Shown: positions 45,898 through 55,537 of the stretch, in pieces
Numbering within the stretch: position 1 is the first letter of the stretch
Layout of the letters: each line of letters opens with the position of its first letter
Source of the DNA: a virus
Reading direction: 5' to 3' (one strand)
DNA: 64,000 nucleotides
IMG/VR virus record: IMGVR_UViG_3300025818_000017
Position numbers and translations under genes: made by a program
The notes under the pieces: model-generated
Told to the model about the DNA's origin: nothing
Database searches by the model: none
Seen by the model: only the letters and a program-made list of their open reading frames with translations

Positions 45898-46945
45898 ATT
45901 ACTATTAGTAGCATTTATTGCTTTATTCGCTACACCCGTATTGGCAGATTATACATTTGTCATTCCACAAAAACCAGGCGGCGGCACCAGTGTTTGGGCA
46001 CAAATTGTTGCTGCTGAACTCGAAAAGAAACTTGGAGAAAGGATTGTATTGAAACATATTCCTGGAGCAAGAGACATTCCAGGGTTTAATAAGTTCCACA
46101 ATGAACTGCAACACGACGATAAGACTGTCATGGTTTCCCATGGTGGTAATGGTGTTTCTTTCCTTCAAGAGAAAGTAGATTATAACTATGCTGACTACGA
46201 TAGTGTTGGGTTAATGAACCTTAACATCATTGTGGGTCATAAGACAAAATATGTGAAAGGCGAGAAAGTAAAGTTTGCCGCTGGCTCCGGTATGGTTCCA
46301 GAAGGTATTGCTATGACACTACTATTATGCGGCGGTGGAAAAACAACTGCTGAATATGTCCAATGCTTCAAGGATAATGTTACTTGGGTTCACGGTATGT
46401 CTGGTGGTCAACGCCGCCTAGCATATAAGCGTGGTGAACTAAATGGCACACGGGAAAATCCAGCAGCATTTAAAAAGCACGTACAGCCAAGTATTGATAC
46501 TGGCGATAGTGAAGTGTGGTTTCATCATGGTATCCTAAATCCAGCGACAGGCACCCATAGTGATGATCCTAACTATCCAGGGTTTCAAATGGAAATCTTA
46601 TTTAAAGAAACATACGGTTCCGAACCATCTGGTTCATTGTATGATGCGTATAAGCTTGTTAAATCTTTCCGCGATGGTTTACAGAAAGCGTTGTGGGTAC
46701 GTAAAGGTAACCCAAATCTAGCGAAACTACGTCAGGCATTGACTGATATGGCTAATGACCCAAAGAGTATTGCTGCTATCCAAAAGAAAGTTGGACAATA
46801 TGAATGGATTATTGGTGAAGAAGGAAACAAGCACCGTGATACACTAATGACATTTATCACAGAAGATGCGTTGAAAACATTGATTGATTTCAACAAAAAA
46901 GCTCTTGGATTGAGCAGCGTATACAAACCAGAACTGGTTGAATGA
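45890..46945 (+). CDS. tctC: TctC/Bug-like periplasmic solute-binding protein
   Basis: Signal peptide; FVIPQKPGGGTSVWA..IVLKHIPGA; follows tctA. Confidence 0.7.
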   Translation: MRKLLLVAFIALFATPVLADYTFVIPQKPGGGTSVWAQIVAAELEKKLGERIVLKHIPGARDIPGFNKFHNELQHDDKTVMVSHGGNGVSFLQEKVDYNYADYDSVGLMNLNIIVGHKTKYVKGEKVKFAAGSGMVPEGIAMTLLLCGGGKTTAEYVQCFKDNVTWVHGMSGGQRRLAYKRGELNGTRENPAAFKKHVQPSIDTGDSEVWFHHGILNPATGTHSDDPNYPGFQMEILFKETYGSEPSGSLYDAYKLVKSFRDGLQKALWVRKGNPNLAKLRQALTDMANDPKSIAAIQKKVGQYEWIIGEEGNKHRDTLMTFITEDALKTLIDFNKKALGLSSVYKPELVE

Positions 46946-47100
46946 GAATAATACTGCTATTTTTAGCAGTGGCGGTTACGTTTTGGGGTGGCTATAATCA
47001 ATATTACACTATAGCCACCCTTCATTCTCTACATAAAGATACTCAGAGCATAAATACTATAGACAAAGGATTTATGTATGGAACTCAAAACCGTCATTGA
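46942..47100 (+). CDS. possible small membrane protein (52 aa)
   Basis: ATGA overlap; hydrophobic N-terminus, but overlaps an 11-bp hairpin GGGTGGCTATA/TATAGCCACCC (46987-47021). Confidence 0.35.
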   Translation: MRIILLFLAVAVTFWGGYNQYYTIATLHSLHKDTQSINTIDKGFMYGTQNRH

Positions 47101-47623
47101 AAACACCAAAGATATCTTTATGACAGACAGTATGCTATCCACATTGCTCGATTTTGAGCGCGTAATGGATAATGTTGATATGTATGCTTTCAAAAACTGG
47201 ATTAACGGTGAGTTGGTAAAGGGACCAGAAGTTGAGAAGTATTGGGTTACTTGCCAGTTTATGTATCCTTATAAAATGATGCCTGATCCAAAGGGCGCAA
47301 CCCGTCTTTTGGACTATAACTGCAAAATCCACTTTCAGCAAACAGAAATGACGTATCCTGTGAAGGTGGAGACACCAGAGGATTTTGAACCTGGCACCAA
47401 GAAACCTAAGAAAATGCGAAAGAAGATTTGGTTGGTTACTATTCGTATGCCCAAGGATTTGATTAGCGATATCCGCCAAGGGTTTATTGAGATTGAAGGC
47501 AAGAATATCAACATGGAAGATATTGACCAAGCTTGGGAACAGGATTTGGATGAAGAAGGTGCTGCAATGGGCGATGTAGCAGATGCCGCCGAAGACGATC
47601 TAGATTTAGACTTAGGATTATAA
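47078..47623 (+). CDS. hypothetical late protein
   Basis: CATAAATA promoter and SD; LLDFERVMD..Y.FKNW..GELV.GP..MPDP.G. Confidence 0.75.
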   Translation: MELKTVIENTKDIFMTDSMLSTLLDFERVMDNVDMYAFKNWINGELVKGPEVEKYWVTCQFMYPYKMMPDPKGATRLLDYNCKIHFQQTEMTYPVKVETPEDFEPGTKKPKKMRKKIWLVTIRMPKDLISDIRQGFIEIEGKNINMEDIDQAWEQDLDEEGAAMGDVADAAEDDLDLDLGL

Positions 47624-48249
47624 TGTACAGTTTCATCAATAAAAAACCACAACTATTTGAGGGACTACAAAAACAAGAACTAAGAGATTTAGTTCACAAT
47701 GAAGTTCATCTTGACGAGTTCCAAGCGAAGATGGGCGATGATGACCAGATTATCGTTGTATCTTTCAAGGTAAAGTATCGCGCAGCAGCAGCAGACCTAG
47801 AAAGTTTTCTTGAGAAAGGTTATAAGTATGTTCTTGACGCCGAAGCAAGTCAATCAGAATATGAAGATAGTTGGTATTTGGTATTTGTTGAGTTTGAGCG
47901 TAGATTAGATTTCCCAGAAAGATTACTTGAAATCATCAAGGATATGAAGAACATTACCAACACGAAAGATTGGAAGTTCAAGTATGGTGCCAGCCGTAAG
48001 CGTAATACACCAGAATGGCCCCTAACCGTAAAAGATTTGAAACGCATTGTTCCTCTAAGTCCAAAGAAATATCGTGATTTACAGGATCAAAATAAGAAAG
48101 ATGCGGATGAACTTGAAGGTCTATTGATGGCTAGTGCTGTTCCATCCGTAAAAAATAAAGAAATCACTGAAAGTCAATATGAGATTAGAACACTAGCCGG
48201 TCTACCTGTTGACGGATACAAGGTGAACAGAGTAAGGGATAAAAGATGA
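47623..48249 (+). CDS. hypothetical late protein
   Basis: LFEGLQKQEL..DEFQAKMGDDD..LESFLEKGY..VLDA. Confidence 0.75.
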   Translation: MYSFINKKPQLFEGLQKQELRDLVHNEVHLDEFQAKMGDDDQIIVVSFKVKYRAAAADLESFLEKGYKYVLDAEASQSEYEDSWYLVFVEFERRLDFPERLLEIIKDMKNITNTKDWKFKYGASRKRNTPEWPLTVKDLKRIVPLSPKKYRDLQDQNKKDADELEGLLMASAVPSVKNKEITESQYEIRTLAGLPVDGYKVNRVRDKR

Positions 48250-48821
48250 GTTTTTTCAGATGGATTAAAAGTATTTTTTCACCAGTAAAAGAAGAACCAG
48301 TAAAGCAGAAAAAGATTTCCAAAACGCAGCGAAAAGTAGAAGCAGCAAAGAAACGTGAAGAAACAGTAGAGAAAAAAGACACATTCATGGGTAAACTTCG
48401 TAAGGAACTTGAACGTGACGAAGGTGTAAAGTACGAAATCTATCTAGATCATCTTGGTCTTGAAACGTTTGGGATTGGTCATTTGATTAAAGAACACGAT
48501 CCTGAATGGGGTATGAAAGTTGGAACAAAAGTATCAAAACAAAGAGTTCAAGCGTCATTTGAAGAAGATGTATCTATTTCCATAAAAGATGCTGAAACAC
48601 TATTTGATGATTTTTGGAACTTACCAGAAGATGTAAGACTTATTACAGTAAATATGTCCTTCAACCTTGGAAGACGCAGATTATCAAGGTTTAAAAACTT
48701 TAGAGCGGCGGTGAATGAAGGAAACTGGAAAACCGCTGCCGCAGAAATGAAAGATAGCCGTTGGTATAATCAAGTCACAAACCGTGCAGAAAGATTACGC
48801 CAACGTATGCTAAACGTATAA
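48246..48821 (+). CDS. endolysin, T4-lysozyme-like (GH24)
   Basis: LERDEG..IYLDHLG..TFGIGHL (E-x8-D-x5-T), NMSFNLG, AAEMKDSRWYNQVTNRAERL. Confidence 0.9.
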   Translation: MSFFRWIKSIFSPVKEEPVKQKKISKTQRKVEAAKKREETVEKKDTFMGKLRKELERDEGVKYEIYLDHLGLETFGIGHLIKEHDPEWGMKVGTKVSKQRVQASFEEDVSISIKDAETLFDDFWNLPEDVRLITVNMSFNLGRRRLSRFKNFRAAVNEGNWKTAAAEMKDSRWYNQVTNRAERLRQRMLNV

Positions 48822-48858
48822 ATATATACGTACATAAACCATAAGGAGATATCGAAAA

Positions 48859-49062
48859 ATGGAAAGTATTATCGCACTAATGACAGGTGACTCACTAGCA
48901 ACATATCTAGCTTGGGCAACTGCCATTGTAACAGCAGCATCAGCTATTGCTGCGGTTACCCCAACACCGACAGATGATAAGTGGGTAGCCAAGGCTTATA
49001 AAGTCGTTGATTGGCTTGCCCTAAACATCGGAAAAGCCAAAGATAAAGCAGAAGACAAGTAA
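48859..49062 (+). CDS. holin-like small membrane protein
   Basis: LAWATAIVTAASAIAAVTPTPTDDK..VVDWLALNIGKAK; follows the endolysin. Confidence 0.6.
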   Translation: MESIIALMTGDSLATYLAWATAIVTAASAIAAVTPTPTDDKWVAKAYKVVDWLALNIGKAKDKAEDK

Positions 49063-49064
49063 CA

Positions 49065-49334
49065 ATGTGGGGAAAACTAGCCGGTGTTCTTTTTGAAAAG
49101 ATTATTGGTGGACTCATCAAAATGTGGGAGTCCAATAAGCGTGATGCTGCCAATATTGAAAAGGGTGCCGACATTGTTACAAAAGAAACCCTAAAAGATG
49201 AAACAGAAAAAGCCAAAGAATCTATAGTTGTTTCAGAAAAGGTTTCGGAAATGTCCGATGACGATCTCGACGCCAAGATGCGGGAGCTTCGTGCTAAACG
49301 TAGGGCAGAAAGAAAAGAAAGGAAAGAAGGATGA
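49065..49334 (+). CDS. putative i-spanin
   Basis: N-terminal hydrophobic segment plus coiled coil; sits just before a lipoprotein. Confidence 0.45.
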   Translation: MWGKLAGVLFEKIIGGLIKMWESNKRDAANIEKGADIVTKETLKDETEKAKESIVVSEKVSEMSDDDLDAKMRELRAKRRAERKERKEG

Positions 49335-49567
49335 AACAAGTATTAGCTATTTGTGCTGTTGTCCTTCTGTCTGGATGCGTTCAAGCAAATATTGCTGATG
49401 TGAAATCAGATGGATGTGCATGGGTAAGACCATTACTTCTATCAGATGCGTCTATTGAAGCATTGCGGGAAGCACAAAAAACACACCCAGAGGTTCGGCA
49501 AGACCGCGAGAAAATCGTCAAACACGATATATTGTGGTTTAAGAACTGCGAAGAAAATAAAAAATAA
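49331..49567 (+). CDS. lipoprotein, putative o-spanin
   Basis: VLLSGC lipobox; GCAWVRP. Confidence 0.55.
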   Translation: MKQVLAICAVVLLSGCVQANIADVKSDGCAWVRPLLLSDASIEALREAQKTHPEVRQDREKIVKHDILWFKNCEENKK

Positions 49568-49574
49568 CTTATAA

Positions 49575-49608
49575 AGGGGCTTTACAGCCCCTTCACTTTA
49601 TGCTATAA
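49575..49608 (+). promoter_or_regulatory. hairpin whose loop is a -35 box
   Basis: AGGGGC-TTTACA-GCCCCT; TTTACA-N17-TATAAT upstream of dnaJ. Confidence 0.55.
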
Positions 49609-49644
49609 TACTACTGTGAATAATATTATGTGGTAAATAGTAGT

Positions 49645-50487
49645 ATGGACTATTACAAAGTTCTGGGCGTTGAAAAGAACGCTTCTGATAATACAATCAA
49701 AGAAGCATATAAAAAGTTGGCTAAACAGCATCACCCTGACTTGGGCGGCGATGAAGAAAAGTTCAAACAAATCAATGAAGCGTATGAAACCCTAAAAAAC
49801 CCAGAAACACGCAGAGAATACGACACACCTAATCCGTTTGGTGATATGAATGGGAACTCATTTCATTTCCGTTCAGACCATATGGGTATGCAAGATATAT
49901 TTGCTCAAATGGAAGAACAACTGTTTCGTCAAAACGCTGGTGGATTTAGAACACGCCATAGACACGCAAGAAACCATAATCTAAATATCAACCTTGCCAT
50001 AGACCTACAAGAACTAGCACAGGGTGACGGAGATATTGAGAAGCATTTAAGTGTGCGTATGAGTAATGGCGATAGAGAACTAGTAAAGATAAACATTCCA
50101 GCCCACATAGAAAATGGGCAAACCATCAAGTATTCTGGTCTTGGCGACAATGTAAATAAAGACTTGACAAGAGGCGATTTATTTGTTACAATAAACATCA
50201 AGAATAACGAGAGTTTCGTCAAGAAAGGACTTGACCTTCTAACTAATATTACTATAGACAGTATTGATGCTATACTTGGCACCGAAAAAATCATTCAAAC
50301 ATTATCGGGTAAGAATCTAAAACTCAAGATACCAGAGGGAACACAATACGGAGCAATCCTCAAAATGAAAAATGAGGGTCTTCGTTTCAGAAATAACACA
50401 GGCGATATTCTAGTTCAGATTATCGTCAAGACACCAACTGACCTATCAACAGAACAGTTAGACTACATCAGAAAGGCAAAATCATGA
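49645..50487 (+). CDS. dnaJ: DnaJ-class co-chaperone without Zn finger (CbpA-like)
   Basis: DYYKVLGV..HHPDLGG (HPD), G/F region, C-terminal GDLFV/GDILV domains. Confidence 0.9.
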   Translation: MDYYKVLGVEKNASDNTIKEAYKKLAKQHHPDLGGDEEKFKQINEAYETLKNPETRREYDTPNPFGDMNGNSFHFRSDHMGMQDIFAQMEEQLFRQNAGGFRTRHRHARNHNLNINLAIDLQELAQGDGDIEKHLSVRMSNGDRELVKINIPAHIENGQTIKYSGLGDNVNKDLTRGDLFVTINIKNNESFVKKGLDLLTNITIDSIDAILGTEKIIQTLSGKNLKLKIPEGTQYGAILKMKNEGLRFRNNTGDILVQIIVKTPTDLSTEQLDYIRKAKS

Positions 50488-52787
50488 TTGAAGAAAGTCC
50501 AGAAATCAATAATATTATTGATAAGGCGCTTGTCAAAGCATCCAAACTAAAACACCAATATGTAACCCTTGAGCATCTTCTTCACGGAGTTCTTCAAGAC
50601 AAAGATTTCATTGCCGCACTTACTGAACTAGATATAGATATTGATGGACTACGGGAAGAACTTGAAACTTATCTACAAAACCGCGATGACATCCCCAAAG
50701 TTACTACAAATAATCCACAAAAGACACACGCCCTTGAACGTGTGTTCAATCGTGCTTATACACAGGTTCTATTCAGCGGTAGAACCAAAATGGATGCTGT
50801 TGACCTATATCTAAGTATGCTTGCTGAAACAAACTCACACGCTTGCTATTTCCTTTTGAAATATGTAAACTCCAAAGAAGAAGTTGTGAATGCCCTACAG
50901 AAAAAAGTAGGCGGTGGCAAAAAAGGTGCCAGGAAAGGCAAAATGAACGACCGACAAGCAGATGATATCCTTGATGAATACTGTACCAATCTAAATGACC
51001 GTGCCACCAAGGGTAAGATTGACCCTGTTATTGGTCGCCAAGAAGAACTTGATGATATTGCTCAAGTCTTGGCTCGACGCACCAAGTCAAATGTTCTAAT
51101 GGTCGGTGACCCTGGCGTTGGTAAAACTGCTATTGCCGAAGGTCTTGCCCTAAAAATCAATAAAGGTGAAGTTCCAGACTACCTTGAAGGTTGGACTGTA
51201 TGGAACCTTGATATTGGTTCGCTGGTCGCTGGTTCAAAGTTCCGTGGTGAGTTTGAAGAAAAACTCAAGGAAGTTATTGAGGCTATGGAAGCCAAAGGTA
51301 AGGCAATCCTTTTCATTGACGAAGCACATACGATGCGTGGCGCGGGTGCTGGTGGTAGTGCTGGGGGTCCAGACTTCGCCAATATGATTAAACCCGCTCT
51401 TTCCCGTGGTGACTTGAAGGTTATTGCTTCAACTACTTGGGAAGAATATTCCAATAGTTTTGAGAAAGACCGTGCGTTGATGCGCCGTTTCTATCGTCTA
51501 ACTGTGGATGAACCATCCCCCGAAGTTGCGAAAGAAATCTTGAATGGTCTTGCTGGATATTTCAAAAAGTTCCATAGTGCCAAGGCTATCAAACAGGATG
51601 CTATTCACGCTGCGGTGGATTATAGTGTCCGTTATCAGACTGATAAGAAACTACCAGATAAGGCACTTGACCTTATTGATAGTGCCTGTGCTAAACAACG
51701 CCTACTTGGTCGTAAGAACTTTGTTATCCGCAAAGCAGATATCCTACGAGAACTAAGTCGTATCACTGGTGTTCCTGTATCATCTATGGATGAAAAGGAA
51801 AAGAGTGAAAATCTTGCTGATATTGAGCCAAATATCAAAACCAATGTGTTCGGTCAAGATAATGTGGTTGATACCATCTTGGATAAAATCTTTGTCGCCA
51901 AGGCTGGTCTAAAAGCACACGATAAACCAATCGGCACCTTTATGTTTATGGGTCCAACGGGTGTTGGTAAGACTGAACTTGCTAAACAGTTGTCCCGTGA
52001 ACTAACGATGAAACTGCTACGCTTTGATATGAGTGAATACCAAGAGAAGCATACTGTAGCCCGTTTCATTGGTGCCCCTCCTGGCTATGTCGGGCACGAT
52101 GACGGTAATATCGGTGGTGGTCTGTTGGTCAAGCAGATTGAACAGAACCCACACGCTGTTGTCCTATTTGACGAAGTTGAGAAAGCACACCCTGACGTAA
52201 TGAATGTCCTTCTACAGTTGATGGATGAAGGGTATGTAACTTCCGCCAACGGCAAACGTGCCGATGCTCGTAACTGTGTTATCATTATGACCAGTAACCT
52301 TGGCTCTGCCGAAATGGAGAAAAACTCTATTGGGTTCGGTTCCCTTGAGAAAGAAGGGGAAGATGATAAAGCATATGAAATCTTCTTTGCACCAGAGTTC
52401 CGTAACCGTGTAGATGCGGTATGTAAGTTCGGTAAACTGAACAAACTTTCTATGAAGAAGATTGTTGCCAAGTTTATGAACGATGTGAACGATCTACTCC
52501 GTGAACGTGGTATGAAAATCCGTACCACAGATGCGTTAGTAGAGTATCTTGTGGATACTGGTTTCGATCCAAAGATGGGCGCTCGTCCATTGGCTCGTAC
52601 CATTGACCAAGAAATCAAGGTTCCCCTGTCCAAGAAACTACTGTTCGAAAAGGTTGACAAGGGTAGCATTGTTGTGGTAGACTATAAGGATAACGAAGTT
52701 GTATTTGAGTTTACCAAACCATTACCAGTGGAAATCAATGAAAAAGAGGTTATTGATGAACAAGGAATCATTACAGTCGATTCATGA
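50484..52787 (+). CDS. clpA: ClpA/ClpB-family AAA+ ATPase
   Basis: Clp N-domain, [60 protein letters not shown]. Confidence 0.93.
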   Translation: MIEESPEINNIIDKALVKASKLKHQYVTLEHLLHGVLQDKDFIAALTELDIDIDGLREELETYLQNRDDIPKVTTNNPQKTHALERVFNRAYTQVLFSGRTKMDAVDLYLSMLAETNSHACYFLLKYVNSKEEVVNALQKKVGGGKKGARKGKMNDRQADDILDEYCTNLNDRATKGKIDPVIGRQEELDDIAQVLARRTKSNVLMVGDPGVGKTAIAEGLALKINKGEVPDYLEGWTVWNLDIGSLVAGSKFRGEFEEKLKEVIEAMEAKGKAILFIDEAHTMRGAGAGGSAGGPDFANMIKPALSRGDLKVIASTTWEEYSNSFEKDRALMRRFYRLTVDEPSPEVAKEILNGLAGYFKKFHSAKAIKQDAIHAAVDYSVRYQTDKKLPDKALDLIDSACAKQRLLGRKNFVIRKADILRELSRITGVPVSSMDEKEKSENLADIEPNIKTNVFGQDNVVDTILDKIFVAKAGLKAHDKPIGTFMFMGPTGVGKTELAKQLSRELTMKLLRFDMSEYQEKHTVARFIGAPPGYVGHDDGNIGGGLLVKQIEQNPHAVVLFDEVEKAHPDVMNVLLQLMDEGYVTSANGKRADARNCVIIMTSNLGSAEMEKNSIGFGSLEKEGEDDKAYEIFFAPEFRNRVDAVCKFGKLNKLSMKKIVAKFMNDVNDLLRERGMKIRTTDALVEYLVDTGFDPKMGARPLARTIDQEIKVPLSKKLLFEKVDKGSIVVVDYKDNEVVFEFTKPLPVEINEKEVIDEQGIITVDS

Positions 52788-53460
52788 GAAAACGGCTGTT
52801 ATCAATACTGTTAGAAGTTATGGATGTGTTATCACCGAAGCAAAGAAACTATGGTGGCGTAAGTATGCATTCAAACTGAGAATCAGAATAAACGAGGATC
52901 ATCCCCGTTGGAATAGAAGCAACAGTATAGTGGCAGATATACGCCGTACTGCTGCTGAGTTCGATGATGTGAAAACAAGATATGAGTGGTATTCGTTGTA
53001 CGCTTACTTTAGGAGTGAAGAGGACTTACAGCGGTTTCTTGGAAAGATGGAAGACTATAATGATAGGCACCAAGTCGTAAGCTCAAAACCAGTGTATATT
53101 ACTGAACTTGAATATTACCCTGTTCCATTGACCGAAGATTCAGAGCGTAATATTGTTGTGTGTAATAACTTACCTTTCAAAAAGTATCGTTTCAAGGTAT
53201 TCATTGACCATAGGGAGATTGATGATGTAAAACATTTTGTGGATTACTTCGAAAGCCAGTGTAAAGATGGCAAGGAACCATTTAGGTTTACTGGTGAATG
53301 GCAAAACGCCATCAGGCGAGGGCGTTTCTGGTATGGTTCACGACCATATCTTTATGTTGAAGACGAAAAGCAAATGACCATCCTTGGGTTCTATGCAGCC
53401 CAATCTGTTAAAAAAATCGATGAATATAGGACAAAAAATGAACTTAACATTAGCGAATAA
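52756..53460 (+). CDS. hypothetical protein with two F/Y-x3-D modules (start uncertain)
   Basis: YAYFRSEEDL and YLYVEDEKQM. Confidence 0.65.
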   Translation: MNKESLQSIHEKTAVINTVRSYGCVITEAKKLWWRKYAFKLRIRINEDHPRWNRSNSIVADIRRTAAEFDDVKTRYEWYSLYAYFRSEEDLQRFLGKMEDYNDRHQVVSSKPVYITELEYYPVPLTEDSERNIVVCNNLPFKKYRFKVFIDHREIDDVKHFVDYFESQCKDGKEPFRFTGEWQNAIRRGRFWYGSRPYLYVEDEKQMTILGFYAAQSVKKIDEYRTKNELNISE

Positions 53461-53767
53461 ACTTATTGAACTAAACGTGATTCAAGAAGAAACCAAAGTC
53501 ACTGCCGTTGTTACATCCCGTGGTATTGGTGGTGACCCTGTGCGAGTTTCTAAGGAACTGATTCTCACTGGGGTAAATACATCTAAGTTCAAAGGCTATA
53601 ATATGCGTGAACCAAATATCTTCTTCTCGTTTACTCATGAAGATATTACTCATGTTGGTGGAATGAACTTGGATCGTATTTCTAAAGCGTTCAATCTAAA
53701 TGAAGACGGTACACCACGCAAAGTAGGCAAAAAGCCTGGAAGAAAACCAAAAGTAGAAAAGGTATAA
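53438..53767 (+). CDS. hypothetical protein
   Basis: MNLTLANKLI..GGMNLDRI..GKKPGRKPK. Confidence 0.65.
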   Translation: MNLTLANKLIELNVIQEETKVTAVVTSRGIGGDPVRVSKELILTGVNTSKFKGYNMREPNIFFSFTHEDITHVGGMNLDRISKAFNLNEDGTPRKVGKKPGRKPKVEKV

Positions 53768-53768
53768 T

Positions 53769-54326
53769 ATGAGCAATCAAGAAAATCAAAACCAAGGTCC
53801 ACCAATGGGTGAAAAAGGCATGTATCTTATGATGAGTGAGTTTTCACAAGATACAGTCAAACCAATCGTTGAGTGGATTATCAATGAAAACCTAGCACCT
53901 AAAAAGAAATCACATCTGACCCTAATCATCTGTTCTCCAGGTGGTGATGTGAATGCATGTTTCGCCCTGATTGATACGATGAAAGGTTCATCTATTCCTG
54001 TACGAACCGTTGGTGTTGGTATGATTGCTTCTTGTGGGTTGCTTACATTTATTGCTGGCGAGAAAGGGCATCGTGTTCTTACGCCAAATACATCTATCCT
54101 ATCCCATCAGTATTCTTGGGGTTCATTCGGAAAGGAACACGAGTTATACGGTGTGGTAAAAGAATACGAACTAACAAGCAAGCGGATGGTTGACCATTAT
54201 AAGAAATGTACTGGATTATCCGATAAGCAAATCCGTGAGAAGCTTCTACCAGCAACGGATGTATGGTTAGACGCAAAAGAAGCAAAGAAACTAAACATCT
54301 GTGATAAAATCAAGGAGACATACTGA
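53769..54326 (+). CDS. clpP: ClpP-like protease subunit
   Basis: CSPGGDV, GMIASCG (catalytic Ser), ILSHQYS, DVWLDAKEA. Confidence 0.88.
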   Translation: MSNQENQNQGPPMGEKGMYLMMSEFSQDTVKPIVEWIINENLAPKKKSHLTLIICSPGGDVNACFALIDTMKGSSIPVRTVGVGMIASCGLLTFIAGEKGHRVLTPNTSILSHQYSWGSFGKEHELYGVVKEYELTSKRMVDHYKKCTGLSDKQIREKLLPATDVWLDAKEAKKLNICDKIKETY

Positions 54327-54766
54327 TGGTAAAAGTTAGTAAAGGTAAGGGTAACAATAAACCTAGCGAATCAGAACAAGAAGACATGAAACTCACCAAA
54401 GACGATGTTGAAACAATCAATAGAAAGCTAAAGAATCAATCCATCATTGATGCTGCCGAACAGGGTAAAGGTAAAAAGGTTCTGAGCGGTAAAGGAAAAC
54501 TTCATCGCACTGGTGAAGAACCATCTGACGCAATGCTGGTTTATCGTGAAAAGGATGCTACTTGGTACGTGGGGAAATCCCGTATCCTCAATAATCCAGA
54601 CCACGATATGCATAATATGAAAATCTATGAAGTAGTTGACCAGGATCGTCTATTGGAAGCACTACGAAGTCGCACCAAGTTTGAAGCAGATATTATGAAT
54701 ATTATTATCTGGAAAGACACTGATACACAAGATGAACTAGTAGGATGGGCTGACCCCTTTCAATGA
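54326..54766 (+). CDS. hypothetical protein
   Basis: 146 aa coupled ORF. Confidence 0.65.
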   Translation: MVKVSKGKGNNKPSESEQEDMKLTKDDVETINRKLKNQSIIDAAEQGKGKKVLSGKGKLHRTGEEPSDAMLVYREKDATWYVGKSRILNNPDHDMHNMKIYEVVDQDRLLEALRSRTKFEADIMNIIIWKDTDTQDELVGWADPFQ

Positions 54767-55290
54767 TCAATCTAATCGTGGCGGTTGCGGAGAATGGCGT
54801 TATCGGAAACGGTAACGCTCTTCCTTGGCCTCGTATCGATGAAGATATGGCGTGGTTTCGTAAGCACACCAAAGGCCATGCAGTTGTTATGGGAAGGAAG
54901 ACTTGGGACTCATTGCCAAGCCGTCCGTTGCCATCCCGTCAAAACTACGTTATTTCCCGTAGTCATCCAAAAGAATGGACAGTGGAATCAGAAGGAATGT
55001 ATGGTCGTCTTGGTGCAGACTTTTTACCAAAGCTCAATGCTTACTGGCGTGATAATAGCGATAAACAATGTTTCCAATGTTTCATCATTGGTGGCGCAGA
55101 AATATATAGACAAGCCCTACCAATAGTTGATACAATATATCTAACGAATGTTTATGGTGAGTATGAAGGCGATACTTTCCTACCGGAACTAGGACTTGCT
55201 CTTGGTGACTTCCACCTAACATACGAAGAAGAAGTCCATGGTAAATGTAAGTTTGAGATATGGAAACGAGATAATGGACCCAAAATCTAA
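54763..55290 (+). CDS. folA: dihydrofolate reductase
   Basis: IVAVAENGVIG..LPW..EDMAWFR..T..VVMGRKTWDSLP.RPLPSR.N.V, IIGGAEIY, GDTF.P. Confidence 0.95.
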   Translation: MINLIVAVAENGVIGNGNALPWPRIDEDMAWFRKHTKGHAVVMGRKTWDSLPSRPLPSRQNYVISRSHPKEWTVESEGMYGRLGADFLPKLNAYWRDNSDKQCFQCFIIGGAEIYRQALPIVDTIYLTNVYGEYEGDTFLPELGLALGDFHLTYEEEVHGKCKFEIWKRDNGPKI

Positions 55291-55537
55291 ACTGGCACAA
55301 ACTGAACTAACTATTGAAGTGGTAGAGGACATTCTATTACAGAACTGTCAGCCTGGCGTTTATGAAACACTAATGACCAAAACACCATTGGGTGGTGTCA
55401 AAGACAAAATATCTGTTCAGGCATTCTTCAACATCGTTGATAGATATAAGTTTCATTGGACAGATAAAACACCAAGAAGAATAAAAGACTTTACACGAAA
55501 GATGTTGAAAAATGCAAAACTACCTAACGACACTTGA
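55274..55537 (+). CDS. hypothetical protein
   Basis: ORF between folA and thyA. Confidence 0.55.
   Translation: MDPKSKLAQTELTIEVVEDILLQNCQPGVYETLMTKTPLGGVKDKISVQAFFNIVDRYKFHWTDKTPRRIKDFTRKMLKNAKLPNDT

Noticed and set aside
52085-52669. 194-aa minus-strand ORF (likewise 21349-21903, 11359-11871 and other antisense ORFs)
   Set aside because: Shadows of strongly conserved plus-strand genes (clpA, cca, phosphoesterase).
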